A model generated the notes under the pieces. The model had not been told where the DNA came from. It ran no database searches and worked only from the letters and a program-made list of their open reading frames with translations. Both the position numbers and the translations under genes were made by a program. From assembly GCF_009914755.1 (NCBI RefSeq), contig NC_060943.1: a DNA stretch of 64,000 nucleotides. One strand, written 5' to 3'. This document shows, piece by piece, positions 15,990 to 29,931 of the stretch (position 1 is its first letter; every line of letters starts with the position of its first letter). The stretch comes from the human T2T-CHM13v2.0 reference genome, Homo sapiens.

Positions 15990-16644
15990 TGAATGGGAAA
16001 TCGAGACACCGAGAACAAGACCAGACGTCGAGAGAGGCCACCAAGATGCAGAAACCTCATGAAGGGGCATCTGTATTGACTCAGAGAGCGGGAAAGATAA
16101 AGATGGCAGGTGGGAAGGAGCAGAGAAGGCGGCAGAGAGAGCCTCCGACATGAGAGGGGGACCTGGAGAAGGCCCAGGGACAGATCCAAGAGGTGAGAGA
16201 AGAAAAGGCGAGGGGGATGTACAGGGCAAATGACTATGGGTCCTCTGGACACAGAGGGAAAGGAGGTCTCCCAGAACTCAGGTGAGTGCTTGTGAGTTTC
16301 ATTTCTAGGAGGCAGGGGCAGGTGGGCAGCTGGTTTTATTACTGGCTGGTGTCTGGGCTCCTCTGGGGGTGGAGGTCTTTGGAGCTCAGAGGGTGAGTTC
16401 CCTGAGGGTTAGGCTCTTGACTGTCCTGTAACTGGGTTCATGCAGGGTAGACCTAGAACTGTGGCTGCCTGGCACTTTACAGGAGCTCTGCGCATTTGTT
16501 GAATTAATGAAAACAGGACTTGCTCTAATTAGTTTATCAGAGATTTACACTCAGTCTGATACGCTATTGTGGGGTCTCTGGTGTTGCGGGGTCTCTGGAG
16601 GCATACACAGAGATCACTGGTGAGCCATGGTGGACTTTCTAGTT

Positions 16645-17242
<598 letters not shown>

Positions 17243-17704
17243 CAGCCTGGCCTGTTTTCTATCCTGAGGGGTTTACCTTCTGTTGGGAGTTTGCTGTGTT
17301 ACAGTTAACCTCATGGAACCCTCATAAGAACTGGGCAAGTTTCACTTTAGCCCCATTTTAAAGAACAGAAAACTGAGATGCAGAGAAATTAAGTAACATG
17401 GTCCAAGGTGGCAAATTAAGTTAGAGGAAGTCAGGATTTGCATCCCCATTTGTCTGTTAATATAGAGTTTCTGGGGGATCAGGAACAAACAGAAACACCT
17501 GGGGTATGGTTAGAGACCCAGAGAGGGAAATTCAGAGGGAGGAGAGTGTAAAATACAGACTGGGGGGAGGCATGAAGAAATGGGATTAGTGGGAGTACAT
17601 TCCAGACTTCCAATAAATACTGAATAATTTAGTGAGTGAATATGGATGGTAGCATCCTGAATCTAAGTCCACTTAGGATAATCCTGGGGCTGAAAATCTT
17701 TTTA

Positions 17705-18021
<317 letters not shown>

Positions 18022-18053
18022 TGAAAATCTTTTAACCTTAGAATGATACAGGG

Positions 18054-18800
18054 CAGTGGTTCTCAATGAGAGGTAGTTTTGCCCCCCAGAGGACGTTGGG
18101 CAGTATTTGCTGCTGGCATCCGGATGGTAGAGGCCAGGGGTGCTGCTGAAATCCTACAATGCACAGGACAGGCTTCCACAACAAAGAATTACGCAGCTCC
18201 AAATACAGGCAATTGTGGCTATATGCGGTAGTTGTGTTATATGGGGTTGCCACACATTTCCCTCAACCAATCAATACATAACCTTGTTTTATGCATGTTT
18301 CTGTTGAAGGATGCCTTATTTAATATACATTGTTGATTCATTCACATCCAACTCCTGGCCACCAGTGCTCTAACTCATGCCTGAATGAAGCTTCTCTAAC
18401 ATACGTATTTTCTCCATAAGGCACATCACGGCCTTCTCGCACTTAGGAACGCTAGACAGCTCTTCAGCACCATGCTTGGGGGACCTTTTAAACGCTGATA
18501 TCACCACTAAAAGGCCCAAAGATGCAAAGCACGTGGCACTAAACAGACCGAGAAAAGACACTCGTTCACAGTATAAGAGCCGAAATGAGAAGGCACCCTC
18601 GTTCAGCCTCGTCTGGGAACCCACACATAGGGCTACTCAAGATTTTCTCTGCTTTGCGCCTGTCCAAGAATAACCACAAAAGCCCTTCGCGTATTGATTC
18701 TGGGCTTCTAATAAATTTCAGCGAGTAGGCAAATTCGCAGACACAGAATCTGGGAATCATGAGGGCCAACTGTGTCAACAGCGCAGATGTTAGAAACTAT
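18054..18800. mobile_element. MER20 (hAT) interrupted by a Tigger-family element (MER82-like, ~18205-18772, minus strand) with a transposase N-terminal remnant
   Basis: CAGTGGTTCTCAA MER20 start; ORF 18370..18624 ...SSVPKCEKAVMCLMEKIRMLEKLHSGMS resembles the Tigger/pogo HTH start. Confidence 0.75.
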
Positions 18801-19075
18801 GACGGACAGGAAGAGGTCTTGGACTTTGGTTCTGTCTTGATGAGAGACACACTTGATGAAAGGTCTCAGGCAAGTGAATGCAAATCTCTAAGACTGTTTC
18901 ATCTTCTGTAAAATGGGAATGTGCATGCTCTGTCTTTCTTTCTGTTTCTGTACCGCCCTTTCCTTCTTAAAGCTGGTTGTGAAGAAGTTTGTTGAGGAAT
19001 TATGAGAAGTTTGCTGCAGGGCAGTTGAGGATAGAAGAAGATCACAGGAGGAGGAAACAGGGTCAAAAAAGGTAA

Positions 19076-19417
<342 letters not shown>

Positions 19418-19444
19418 TCCTACTCTTGATTTTTATAAAAGTAC

Positions 19445-19930
19445 GAGCCCCTCCAGAGCATGAGGGATTGTGGATAGACTTCAGGGGCCTGTGCACTTGT
19501 ACAGGAAAAAAAATCCTATGTCTTCATTTTCATCATCCTCCAACAAAAACTCAACCTTTCCTCAATTAAATATGTAAGCAGCAAACCATGCTAGTTTCAG
19601 CAAGACCCATGCCTGTATCCCCAGTAGGAATCACAGATATCTCCATATCCCATCACAGTGGTGCAGATTTCCCAAAATAGTGTTTATGCGCCTCGTGATT
19701 TTGAAATTAGAGTTGTTAAAATCCACCGCCAATGTCTAACATGTTGACAAAAAAAGATGATATTATGATATCACAAATTTTGCTTTTGAAAAATATTTTG
19801 AGAAACTACATTTTAGTGTAACTGGCCTCTTTTGTTATTTCATGTTATGCATTTATAAGCATTATTCTGAGAAGGACCACGGCAGCCTGCCAAAGAGATC
19901 CATGACCCCCTAAAAGCCAAAGGACCCAGT
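19445..19930 (+). mobile_element. hAT-Charlie DNA transposon (Charlie4a-like)
   Basis: AT-rich body ending ...ATTATTCTGAGAAGG...CTGCCAAAG...TCCATG; recognised from memory. Confidence 0.65.
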
Positions 19931-20335
19931 TTTAGAGTAAATGGACCCCTGACCACTACGTGGTGGATGCGGCCAGAGGATGGGGACTGGGCAGAGAAGA
20001 AGGAAGCGGGAAGGGAGGAGCAAGGCAGAGCGTGGCCTCTGGAGGAGACAGTTGGAGGGTAAGGGGTGGCACTGGCAAGCCTAGTGGGGGATGTGTTGGA
20101 GGGAAGGCACACAGCCCAGTGGAGTAGGGGCAACATCCAGGAAGGGAGCAGCAGGACCCTACCAGGATAGCCAGGGCTGTGGCAGGACCATGGGTTCAGA
20201 GGGCTGCCTGCCTGGGTTAAAATCCCCCCTCCTTCCTTGAGCCTCAGTTTCCCCCTCTGTAAATGGGCTAACAACCTCGTGTACCTCCCAGGATGAATCT
20301 AAGGAATGAATGAGATAATCCATATAAAATTTGAT

Positions 20336-20675
<340 letters not shown>

Positions 20676-21129
20676 TTATCAACACCCCCTACAGGTTGGC
20701 CTCTGGTTGTGGGGAGAGGCAGACAGAGTGGCAACAGACATGACCATTCATATTTTAATAAGTACTACGTGTTGGGTATCTATTATTATGCCGGGGAATC
20801 TCCATCCATGACATCATTTTGCCTTCCTTGAGACCCTTAAGATGGGACGCAGAGGGACACAAAGAGGCGGGGCAAGAGCTCAAGTATAATAGCAGGGGTG
20901 GAAAGTGGAGAGAGAAAAGGACAGAGATGGGATTTGAGGGAAAAGGGGATAAGGAGGAAAGGAGGTCTCCAAAGTTGGGAGAAAGGAGGAAACCCTAGGA
21001 TGTGTGTCGCCCCTCCAGGACCAGCCTAAAGCACAGAGGCGTCAGGAGGGTTTTGGAAAGAGAAAGGCTCCAGGTTGGTGTGTGAACCGCCTCCCCCCTG
21101 GCAGTTCCTCCCCACACCAGGCCGCCTAC

Positions 21130-21248
21130 CTCAGTGGCAAAGAAACCTTTGGGTCGGTGTTTGCCCAGGGACGCGAGGCCACCGGGACCAGGGCTTTCGC
21201 TTGCACTGATGGTCTGTTGAGCTGCGGCCAGGATTTCGTCCAGTTTGT
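21130..21248 (-). CDS. SHANK1: SHANK1 exon 21 (NKLDEILAAAQQTISASESPGPGGLASLGKHRPKGFFATE)
   Basis: CCTAG|AC acceptor, GAG|GTAGGC donor, 119 nt. Confidence 0.94.
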
Positions 21249-21636
21249 CTAGGGGTAGATGAATGAACAGAGGTGGGAAGACAATGAAATGAAGTTTGCT
21301 TTGACCCGGGCCGCAAAGACCAGAGCTGCCGCCCGCAGTTCATCCAGCACCTGGATCAACCAGGAAAGGGCAGCCCTGCCTGGGTCCGGGTGGACGGGCA
21401 GTCCCGCTTGGAGACACAATCTCCCAGCCCAGTGGGCAGCACCCAGGGTGGGAAGGGGTGCGGGCAGGGAACGGGGCAGCCGTCGGGAGAGGGCGGGCGG
21501 AGGGAGGGGAGGTGGGATCGCAGCCTCTCTGGGGCAGGAAGGTGAGGGGCGCCGTGGGGTTCATGGTGGGACAGGGATGCAGCGGGTGCCGGGGCTGGGG
21601 CCCGGCATCCCGAGGAGCAGGGCTGGGCCGTCTTAC

Positions 21637-21705
21637 TGAGAGCCATCTGATACACGGTCCGCTTTTTCTCCATGCTGGGCACCGGCGCCGGCTGCTGCTC
21701 GTACT
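21637..21705 (-). CDS. SHANK1: SHANK1 exon 20 (EYEQQPAPVPSMEKKRTVYQMAL)
   Basis: CACAG|AG acceptor, TCA|GTAAGA donor, 69 nt. Confidence 0.94.
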
Positions 21706-21909
21706 CTGTGGGCAAAGAACACGGATGACGCCCAGGGAGCCCCCGGGGGCGGGGCGGAGCGGGCTCGGCCTGTGGGCGTGGCCAGCAGGTGCGGGCCAGT
21801 GGGCGTGGCGGGCGCGAGAGGGGCAGTGAGGGGCCGGGGTCAGGGAGGGGCGAGTCCGCCGGCGGGGTCGGGAGACGGGGGCCCTCCCGCCAGTCCTGTG
21901 CCCACTCAC

Positions 21910-21933
21910 CACTCTTCTTCTTCCAGGGGGAGA
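21910..21933 (-). CDS. SHANK1: SHANK1 alternative 24-nt microexon (VSPWKKKS) between exons 19 and 20
   Basis: Branch point CCTAAC, GCTAG|TCTCCCCCTGGAAGAAGAAGAGTG|GTGAGT; phase 1-1, frame-preserving. Confidence 0.85.
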
Positions 21934-22474
21934 CTAGCCCGGGGGAGAGGCAGTAGAGGAGCCAAGAGTTAGGACGTCAGGGGAAGGTGAGGGGCCCCCT
22001 GTCTGGAAGCCCGCCTCCCTCGGGGCCCCGGGGTGGGGGCGGTCAGCTGTCCGACCAGCCCCCTGTCAGGGGAAATGGGACCCCCAGGTCCACTCGGCCT
22101 TGTCTGGAGGGAGGGGCTCGCTTTCCTCTGTTATTGGGGGTTGGGGGGAGCTGGTGGAGGGAGAGATGTTGAATGGGGCTGGGGGGTGAGGTGGGACAAA
22201 AGGAAGGAGACAGAGAGACCCGCAGAGAGGGTACATACAGACCCTGAGAGAGACCCCAACGGAGAAACAGATACAAGAGCACAGAGGAAAGTCGTCTCTC
22301 AGACACCCCTTCCCAGAGACACACACACACAGGCCAGAGTCCGACCCATGGACTGGGGACAGGATGAGGACAAGGACCCCTGGTCACTAACAACACTAAC
22401 GAACTCAAGGGATGGTCCAGCCCTCCTTCCCCTCTCCCCCCGGCCCCCTGGCCTCAGCAGCCCCGCAGGCTCAC

Positions 22475-22555
22475 CCATCTCCTCCAGCTCTGAGGTCATA
22501 GATTTGGAACGCAGGGAGATGGTTGGGGGCGGCAGCCGCTTGGCCTGCTGGGGTG
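22475..22555 (-). CDS. SHANK1: SHANK1 exon 19 (PQQAKRLPPPTISLRSKSMTSELEEM)
   Basis: TTCAG|CA acceptor, TGG|GTGAGC donor, 81 nt. Confidence 0.95.
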
Positions 22556-22815
22556 CTGAAAAGGTGATGAGGGGAGGCATCAGTATCATGGGGGAGATGC
22601 CCCCACCACCCTCTACCACCACAGGGCTCCCAGGGCTCAGAGAATAGCCATTGCCAGCGTGCGGAGCCCTCCCTGCCTCAGTTTCTCCCCACAAGGGTCA
22701 CGGAGAAGCAGTGCTAGGGAAGGGAAGGCCTTGGGCAGCAGCAACCAGCCCTGGGGCTCCCGCAGGGCTGAGCCTGGTGGCAGTGGGGTGGCTGCGAGAG
22801 TGGCCGCAGGAGCAC

Positions 22816-22951
22816 CTTTCTTGTGCACTGCCTCATCCATGTCCGGGTGCCTGGTGACCATCACCACCTTCACCATCAGCGTGTTGCCCCCTTGGCGGAT
22901 CATGTTCACCACCTGTCGGTGGCCGACCTTCACCACATTCTGCCCGTTCAC
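22816..22951 (-). CDS. SHANK1: SHANK1 exon 18 (PDZ: [22 protein letters not shown]...AVHKK)
   Basis: CACAG|GTG acceptor, AAG|GTGCTC donor, 136 nt. Confidence 0.96.
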
Positions 22952-23199
22952 CTGTGGCACAGACACCCCCAGATCACACAGAGTAGACGAGGGGAGGGGT
23001 GCTTGCAGCTTCAGAGACCCCAAGGAGGATGCCTCCTGCGCTGCCCTGTCCATGGCCCTCTGGGCTATGTTCCTCTCCCTCCGACCCTTCATACCACCGC
23101 CTCCCTGGGCAAGCCCCCTTTCCCACCCTCCCTGGCCCCAGGGTTGGGGGAGAGGCTCAGCCTACCCTATTCACTTCCCCCTCCCTCCTTGTCCCCAGT

Positions 23200-23500
<301 letters not shown>

Positions 23501-23736
23501 ATCCCCCGGTATTGTGTATGTGTTGGGGACAGCTCTGTGTCACTCTTTTGAGATGCCTCAGAGGCCTTTAGATGGAATCGCTGGGGAAAGCAGAGGCTGG
23601 CTGGGGGGTGGGCAGGGGGCTGGGAATCCTGGTGCCAAAGGAGAATAAAACTGGGCAGCCAGATCCTGGTGTGAATCATGAGGGGGTCTGGGAACTTGTC
23701 ACAGGGTCCCAGGGAAGAGAGGGGGCCTGGACTGAC

Positions 23737-23861
23737 CTCGATGAGGAAGTCTCCCATTCGCAGTCCAGCTCGCCATGCCACGCCACCCTCGTCCACCGAC
23801 TCCAGGTACTGCAGCGCCGGGAAGGCCGGGGTGGGGGTGAACTCCTCGATGGGGGTCTGCG
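23737..23861 (-). CDS. SHANK1: SHANK1 exon 17 (PDZ: QTPIEEFTPTPAFPALQYLESVDEGGVAWRAGLRMGDFLIE)
   Basis: TGCAG|CG acceptor, GAG|GTCAGT donor, 125 nt. Confidence 0.96.
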
Positions 23862-24089
23862 CTGCAGACAGGGAGGAGCCGGCGGGGTCGGAGGGGAGGG
23901 GGTGGAGAGGCCGAGCAGGGGATGGGGCTCAGACCCAAGTCACGGAGGCCTCACCGCAGCTGAGGGACCAGCACCCCGGGGTGGGGTGGTGGGCGGGCTG
24001 GGGTCCCTTCCCCTTTCCAGCCCCCATTTTCAGCCCTGCTTCTGGGGTCACAGAGCCCTTCTCCCATCCCCTCCCCGGCTGGCACTCAC

Positions 24090-24172
24090 CCTTGGCCCCC
24101 CGGAGCACGAACCCAAACCCCTCACTGTCCTTCTTCTGCAGCAAGACTGTCTTCTCCTTAATGATGTAATCG
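24090..24172 (-). CDS. SHANK1: SHANK1 exon 16 (PDZ: DYIIKEKTVLLQKKDSEGFGFVLRGAK)
   Basis: GCCAG|CG acceptor, AGG|GTGAGT donor, 83 nt. Confidence 0.96.
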
Positions 24173-24297
24173 CTGGCAGGGAGGCAGGAGAAATGGGGGG
24201 GTGGTGGGGGGAGTGGAGAAGACATCATGAGACACAGAGGCTGTCCCCCACCCGGCAACCCAGACCCAAACCTCTGCTCCAGGGCCATTAATTGCAT
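24173..24297 (-). CDS. SHANK1: Alternative N-terminus by 5' extension of exon 16 (MQLMALEQRFGSGLPGGGQPLCLMMSSPLPPPPPHFSCLPA-SDYIIKEK)
   Basis: ORF 23929..24297 reads in frame into exon 16. I recall this as an annotated human SHANK1 isoform N-terminus (not verified here). Confidence 0.55.
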
Positions 24298-26564
24298 CTC
24301 CTAGGATCTCTGTCACCCACTCTGTGTGTGTATGCTAGCCCTGATGGGCTTCCCCCTCAGAGCCGGCATGCTCTCTCTCTCACTCCCTCTCTCCTCATTC
24401 ATCCATCCATGCATCCATCCACCCATCCATTCAGCACCAGGCACGGTGGGGAGGATGGGGAGAAGAGCTTCCAGATTACCAGACAGCCAGGCTTGGGTCC
24501 CTGCTAGTCACTTCCTGCCTATGACCTTGAGCCCACAACTTTAACCTTTTGTGCCTCAGTTCCCTCATCTATAATGGGGGGCTATCACAGATCCTACCTG
24601 ATGGGGTTGCAGTGGGAATCCAGTGGGGGTAATACACATTTAGTATTTCGCACAGTGCCTGGCACATAGTAGGTGCTCAATATGATCTGCTCGATGTCCT
24701 TAGGTCAGAGTGTTAAGTCAAGAGGACTCATGTACTTTGATGATACCCCTCAAAATTCCTTTATACATATGTCACCTCCCAAGAACCCCACACAGGGTAA
24801 AATTGCTAATTCTGCACTGCCCAATATGGTGGCCACTAGGTGCACGTGGCTGTTTTTATGAAAGCTAATCAAAATCAAATGGAAAAATTCAATTCCTCAG
24901 TCACAGTGGCCATATTTCCAAGTGTGCAGAAGCTGCACATGGCTGGTGGCCACCACATTGGACAGTACAGATATAGAACATTTCCATTGCTGCAAAGCTC
25001 CCCGTGGACAGCACTGTCTTCTGTATTCCCTGGTGCATCTCAAATGGAGCTACTGCATGCAGTCAGCATATTCTATTATAGTAAAATGCAAAGCACCCAT
25101 GAATATGGGTGGTAGTTTCCAGTAAAGCCATCAAATGCCACCAGCACATTTAGGTAAGGCTCACGTACCCAGGAAATGTCAATGAAACTCAGATACAGTT
25201 CATGGATCTCAAGGCTCACTCAAACAGCCCCAAACTCCTGACATGACCACTGTACACCTCAGGAATATACATCCATTCCATTCCCAGAGGATCCGACACC
25301 CCAGTCTACATCAGGAATACTCAGACACCCTGGCTGCAACCCCACTGCCTTCAGAATACCCAAGAACACCCAGGAGTCACTGGAACGCGTGCTCTGCTGT
25401 GCTGAGCTTCCTTCAGCACTGTCTAAAGCCTGTCCCAGGGCACACTTGTAGCACCTCCCACCCTCACAATCCCAGTGTATTCCAATAATACCCAGATCCC
25501 AGTAACATCCATGTGGCCCTAATACACTCCAATCATAGCCAAGCATGCTCCCCAATTACCTGCCCCCACAAATTCAGCAAAACAGCCGTCCTCGAATACT
25601 CCAGTATGTTTCGGCAACCCCCACACATCCCAGTATGTTCCAATAATAACTCCCCCTCACTCGGATCTCAGTGTATTCCCATAACACGCCCTCTGAACAC
25701 ATACATCCCAGCAAATGCCAATAATACTTACTGTGCTCCACTGTATTTAGGTACCACCCCCACAAGCACCCCTGTATGCTCCCAGGACCCCCATGGCTCC
25801 CCTTGTAAAAATCCATACATTTGCACCATGGCGACAGGGTTCTGGATGTGCACGTGTCCTCCCTTCCTGCTGCCACCCTCCTTGTGGCACCTCAGTGCAC
25901 CTAACACCACGCATGTTCACATGTACATACTCCAGCAACAGTCCTCGCTCAAAGTTCGTAACAGTCCAGTAAACTCATCCACACCATACCCGCCATGTCT
26001 TCCTCCCCTGGATAGAGAGGTGTTGGCAGAGAAGGAGGGAAGGGGCTGAAAGGGGTGAATGAGGGTAGGAAAAGGGAGAGGGGAAGGGAGGAAAGGGGCC
26101 GAGAAGGCCAGAACAGCAAGTGGACGGGGAAACTGGACACAGAAATTGGCTCAGAGGTCAGAGCTGCCTGTTTCTAACCATGCATTCTGTAATGTCCCCA
26201 TTCCCACCTTCTTACTCCTCCTCCTGTATCTCTTCCAGGTCTCCAAGGCCCCCCAGCAGCCAGCAGCACCCTTCCTCACTGGAGGCAACCTCACTTTCTT
26301 TCACTCATGCCACAAACCCCTCCCTTCCTCCATCTTTCTCCCTCCCCTCTGGAATCTCTCTTGCCCCCTCATCAGCCTCATACCCCATACATAAGCCTTC
26401 CCCAAATGTCAGCCAATATAGTCAATAAAACTCCCATATCAATATGCCAAGAAGGAGCACTTGCCATTGGCTGGGCAGTATCTGAAGCCCTTCACAGATA
26501 GATCATTAAATTGTCTTCTCATAACCAGCCTCTGGGGCAGGGATAAGTACCAGTTCTACTTTAT

Positions 26565-26878
26565 CTATGTATTTATTCATATTTTTTGAGACAGAATCTC
26601 ACTCTCTTGCCCAGGCTGGAGTGCAGTGGCACAATTATAGCTCACTGCAGCCTCAAACTCCTGAGCTCAAAGGATCTTCCAACTTCAGCTTCCCAAGTAC
26701 CTAGGACTACAGGTGCTTGCCACCATGGCCAACTAATTAAAAAAATCTTTTTTTTTGGTAGAGATGGGGGTCTCACTATCTTTCCCACGCTGGTCTTGAA
26801 CTCCTAGACTTAAGCAGGCCTCCCACCTCAGCCTCCCAAAGTGTTGGGATTACAGGCATGAGTTGCCACACCCAGCCC
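26565..26878 (-). mobile_element. Alu (J-like) inside a MIR
   Basis: Reverse Alu; MIR core GAGGAAACAGAGGCACAGA...CCAAGGTCACACAG follows. Confidence 0.88.
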
Positions 26879-28903
26879 TAGTTTCACTTTATAGGTGAGG
26901 AAACAGAGGCACAGAAAGGTTAAGTAACTTGTCCAAGGTCACACAGTGAGTATCATTCTTCAACAATACCCAAGAGAATACTCGGGTAACTGCAGTGGTA
27001 ATACCCTCCACTCCACAGCACCGAAATACCTTGAGCACATATATCCATCTGCTCGGAATCCACCCTGAGCTCGGCCCTGCAGCACCTGGAGTTTATCCCA
27101 GGGTGTGGCAGTAACACCATGACAATGAGGAACACTTATCGAATTATTACTGAATGCCAGCCATGATTCCAAGCACTTTGCATTTATATATTTCCATTTA
27201 TGTATTCAGTTAGTCCTCACAACAACCCAGGGAAGGGTTGACTGTTATTCTTCCCATTTTATAAATGGGGAAACCGAGGCACAGAGAAATAACTTGCTCA
27301 AGATGACACCAGCTAGAAAAATGTCAAAGCCAAGATTTGAATTCACCAGATATATATATATATATACACACACACACCAGTGGTGATCTGAGGCAGGGAG
27401 GGGGGTCCAACCACATCCAGACCCACCCTGTTCCTGCTTCTGCTTCTCAACCACCCCCTATCCTACACATGCTCCATTCCCCTCTCTGCTCCATGACTCC
27501 CTCACCCAATCCCCAGCTAGGACATACGTGGTGTTGCCCTCATCCCACCACAGTCTCCTTGAACTTCCCAACTGCTCTCTTGCTCCCACAGCTCCATGTA
27601 CCTCTAAACTCCCTCTCCCCAACTCCTGTGTACCCCTCCTCTCTGCACCTCACTCCCTACTCCTCCATGCCATGTTGAGGTTCCACATCGCCCTAACCCA
27701 CCCCCCTCATCCCTGACTCCCACAAGCCCTCCTCACACCCTATGGAGCCATCCCCCCATTTCCCGTGTCCCCTGACACACCCTACCCCCCTTTCCCCCTA
27801 AACATCCTCCTCAGACCTCTGTGACCTCCTCACCCTTGTCCTGCGACCTCTCCCTCATCCTTTGGCCTCACCCTTCCCACACCCTCCTGCACCTCCGTAA
27901 GTAATCTCACTGGCTCCCCTAAAGTACCTCTGGTCCCTTTCATACTTCCTGGGTACCCTCTTTTGCATCCGTGGAAACCTCCACCTATTTCTGCCCCCTC
28001 GACTCACTTCACCACATGCCCTCCCGCCTGCATTTACTGGCAGCTGCGTTTCATTTACATTCCCTGTGTCCTCTTGGTATTCTCCCCCTACTGCCCAAAT
28101 CCCCACCCCCAAATACCCCCCCACATTCCCTGAATTCCCTCCCCACCCCATTTCTCTGCTCCGAACCCTCGGTGCTCCAGCCGCCACCCCTCCCCCACTT
28201 CAGTGTCCCCACTCTCCCCTGTTCCATTCTCAACCCTGCACCTCCTACCCAGACCCCTCTAGTCCCTCCCCCTTGCCCCCCATCTTGGCTGCCCCTGCAG
28301 CACCCCATTCAGGCTCCCTCTGGCTGACTACCTGCCCTGCAGGAGCCCACACAATGCTTTTCCCCAGGCCATCCCTAAGCGACCCTGAGCGGCCTCCAGA
28401 GCTCAGCAGCCAGCTCTTGTTCACTGGATCCCACACACAGGGGCACTGCAGCGGCCTGCACTCCCCTCCCCACCCCAACGTCCCTCTCACACACCCAGGG
28501 TCCGCCAGCCCAGAGCCTGCTGCTGTGCACGGCGCACCCCCAACCCCGCACTCAGCCCCTTCCCACGTACCCGTGTCCATGGCCTGCCCAGAGGCCACCA
28601 CAGAGGGACGCCAGCCCCCCTCCCCATGCTGAGAAGTGGCACACACAAGCGGATGCGGCTCCCCATGCAGCTCAGCCGGGGCTCAGCACACGTGCCCCAC
28701 ATGGGCAGAGGGCAGAGCCAGTGACTCAAGTACTCCTGACATGCACAGACCCCCGGGGGCAAGGGGGCAGGGGAGAGGAGCACATGGGGACAGAGACACA
28801 GGATGGACCCTTGAAGTAGGGGCCTGTGGGGGAGGGGTAGGCCAGGCCCAGGAGGGTGGGTGTTGGGAAGCACAGCCGCAGTCCCTGGGACAGACCCACT
28901 CCA

Positions 28904-28911
<8 letters not shown>

Positions 28912-28955
<44 letters not shown>
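28912..28955. repeat. (CA)22 microsatellite within a CA-rich zone
   Basis: Direct reading. Confidence 0.95.
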
Positions 28956-28957
<2 letters not shown>

Positions 28958-29794
28958 CCCAGACAGCCTCGCTGTCGCTCCAAGTCATACAGAGACAGAC
29001 GCTGTCACACAGGGACACACAGATGGACACAGTTGGGGGGTGGGCTGGGAGCCCACCATCTCTCCATTTCTCTCTCTCACACACACACGCACACACACGC
29101 ACGCGGCTGCAGGCAGTCACACACACGCACATCGACACAGCCACACTGACACACGCACCGTCGCACAGTGACACGCAGCGGAAAAAGAGGAGGGGAGGGG
29201 AAGCCGGGGGCGGGATGCGTGTGTGATGGAGGGGGGATGACTGTGAATGGGAGAGAGGGGTATGAATGGGGGGACTTGCCAACACCGTGAAGAGGTGTGG
29301 GGATGTGGGGATCAGAGGGACAGGGGCCTGGGATGTAGGCGGATGCGGGTAAGCCACGGTGGCTCCCCACAGGGAGGGCTCCGGGGAATGGGGGCGCTAA
29401 GGGCGGCAGAAAGGCGAGTGGGCTCCAAATCCTGGAGGGGGGTCGGTTTAGGGGGCCTGCTGGGAGGAAGGTCTTGGGGGAAGAGCAGAGGGGGGCCTGG
29501 AAGGGCCTGTGAGGGGGTGGAGGAAAAGATTCCCAGGGCTGACGAGTGCGTATTAGGGGGGAGGGTCGGGGAGAGGATTCCAGGGAGGAAGATGGAGAGG
29601 AGAAGGGTTGAGACCAGGGGCCCGAAAGGGATTTCGGGCTGAGAGAAGGTTAGGGAAGAGGAGCGGAGGGGAAGGGGCGGGTTGGGGGAAGGGGAAAGGC
29701 CCTGGGGCTGGGGTTTAGCGGCGGGGGAGGGTCGCCACCGCGGGCCGGGGCCTGCCGGCCGGCCCGCAAAGCAGGAGGCGGCGCGCTCCGTTAC

Positions 29795-29931
29795 CTGTAG
29801 ATGTACCAGACGCTGCGCCGCCGGGGCCCCAGGGCTGGCCAGCTGGAGGACAGCGCGGGGGGCGGCTGCGGCAGGGAGCTCCCACCGGGGCCGCCCCCGA
29901 GACCCCCGCCGCCGACCGCAGACAAAGCCAT
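29795..29931 (-). CDS. SHANK1: SHANK1 alternative first coding exon (MALSAVGGGGLGGGPGGSSLPQPPPALSSSWPALGPRRRSVWYIY-S) for a PDZ-first isoform
   Basis: Strong Kozak GCGGCGATGG at 29931, donor CAG|GTAACG at 29795; 137 nt ends in phase 2, in frame with exon 16; lies in a CpG island. Confidence 0.8.

Noticed and set aside
18463-18475. TTCAGCACCATG RE1-like half-site (also TCAGCACC at ~24431)
   Set aside because: No GGACAG half at proper spacing; the first lies inside a Tigger fossil
28487-29370. VCVC/HTHT ORFs
   Set aside because: (CA)n microsatellite translations
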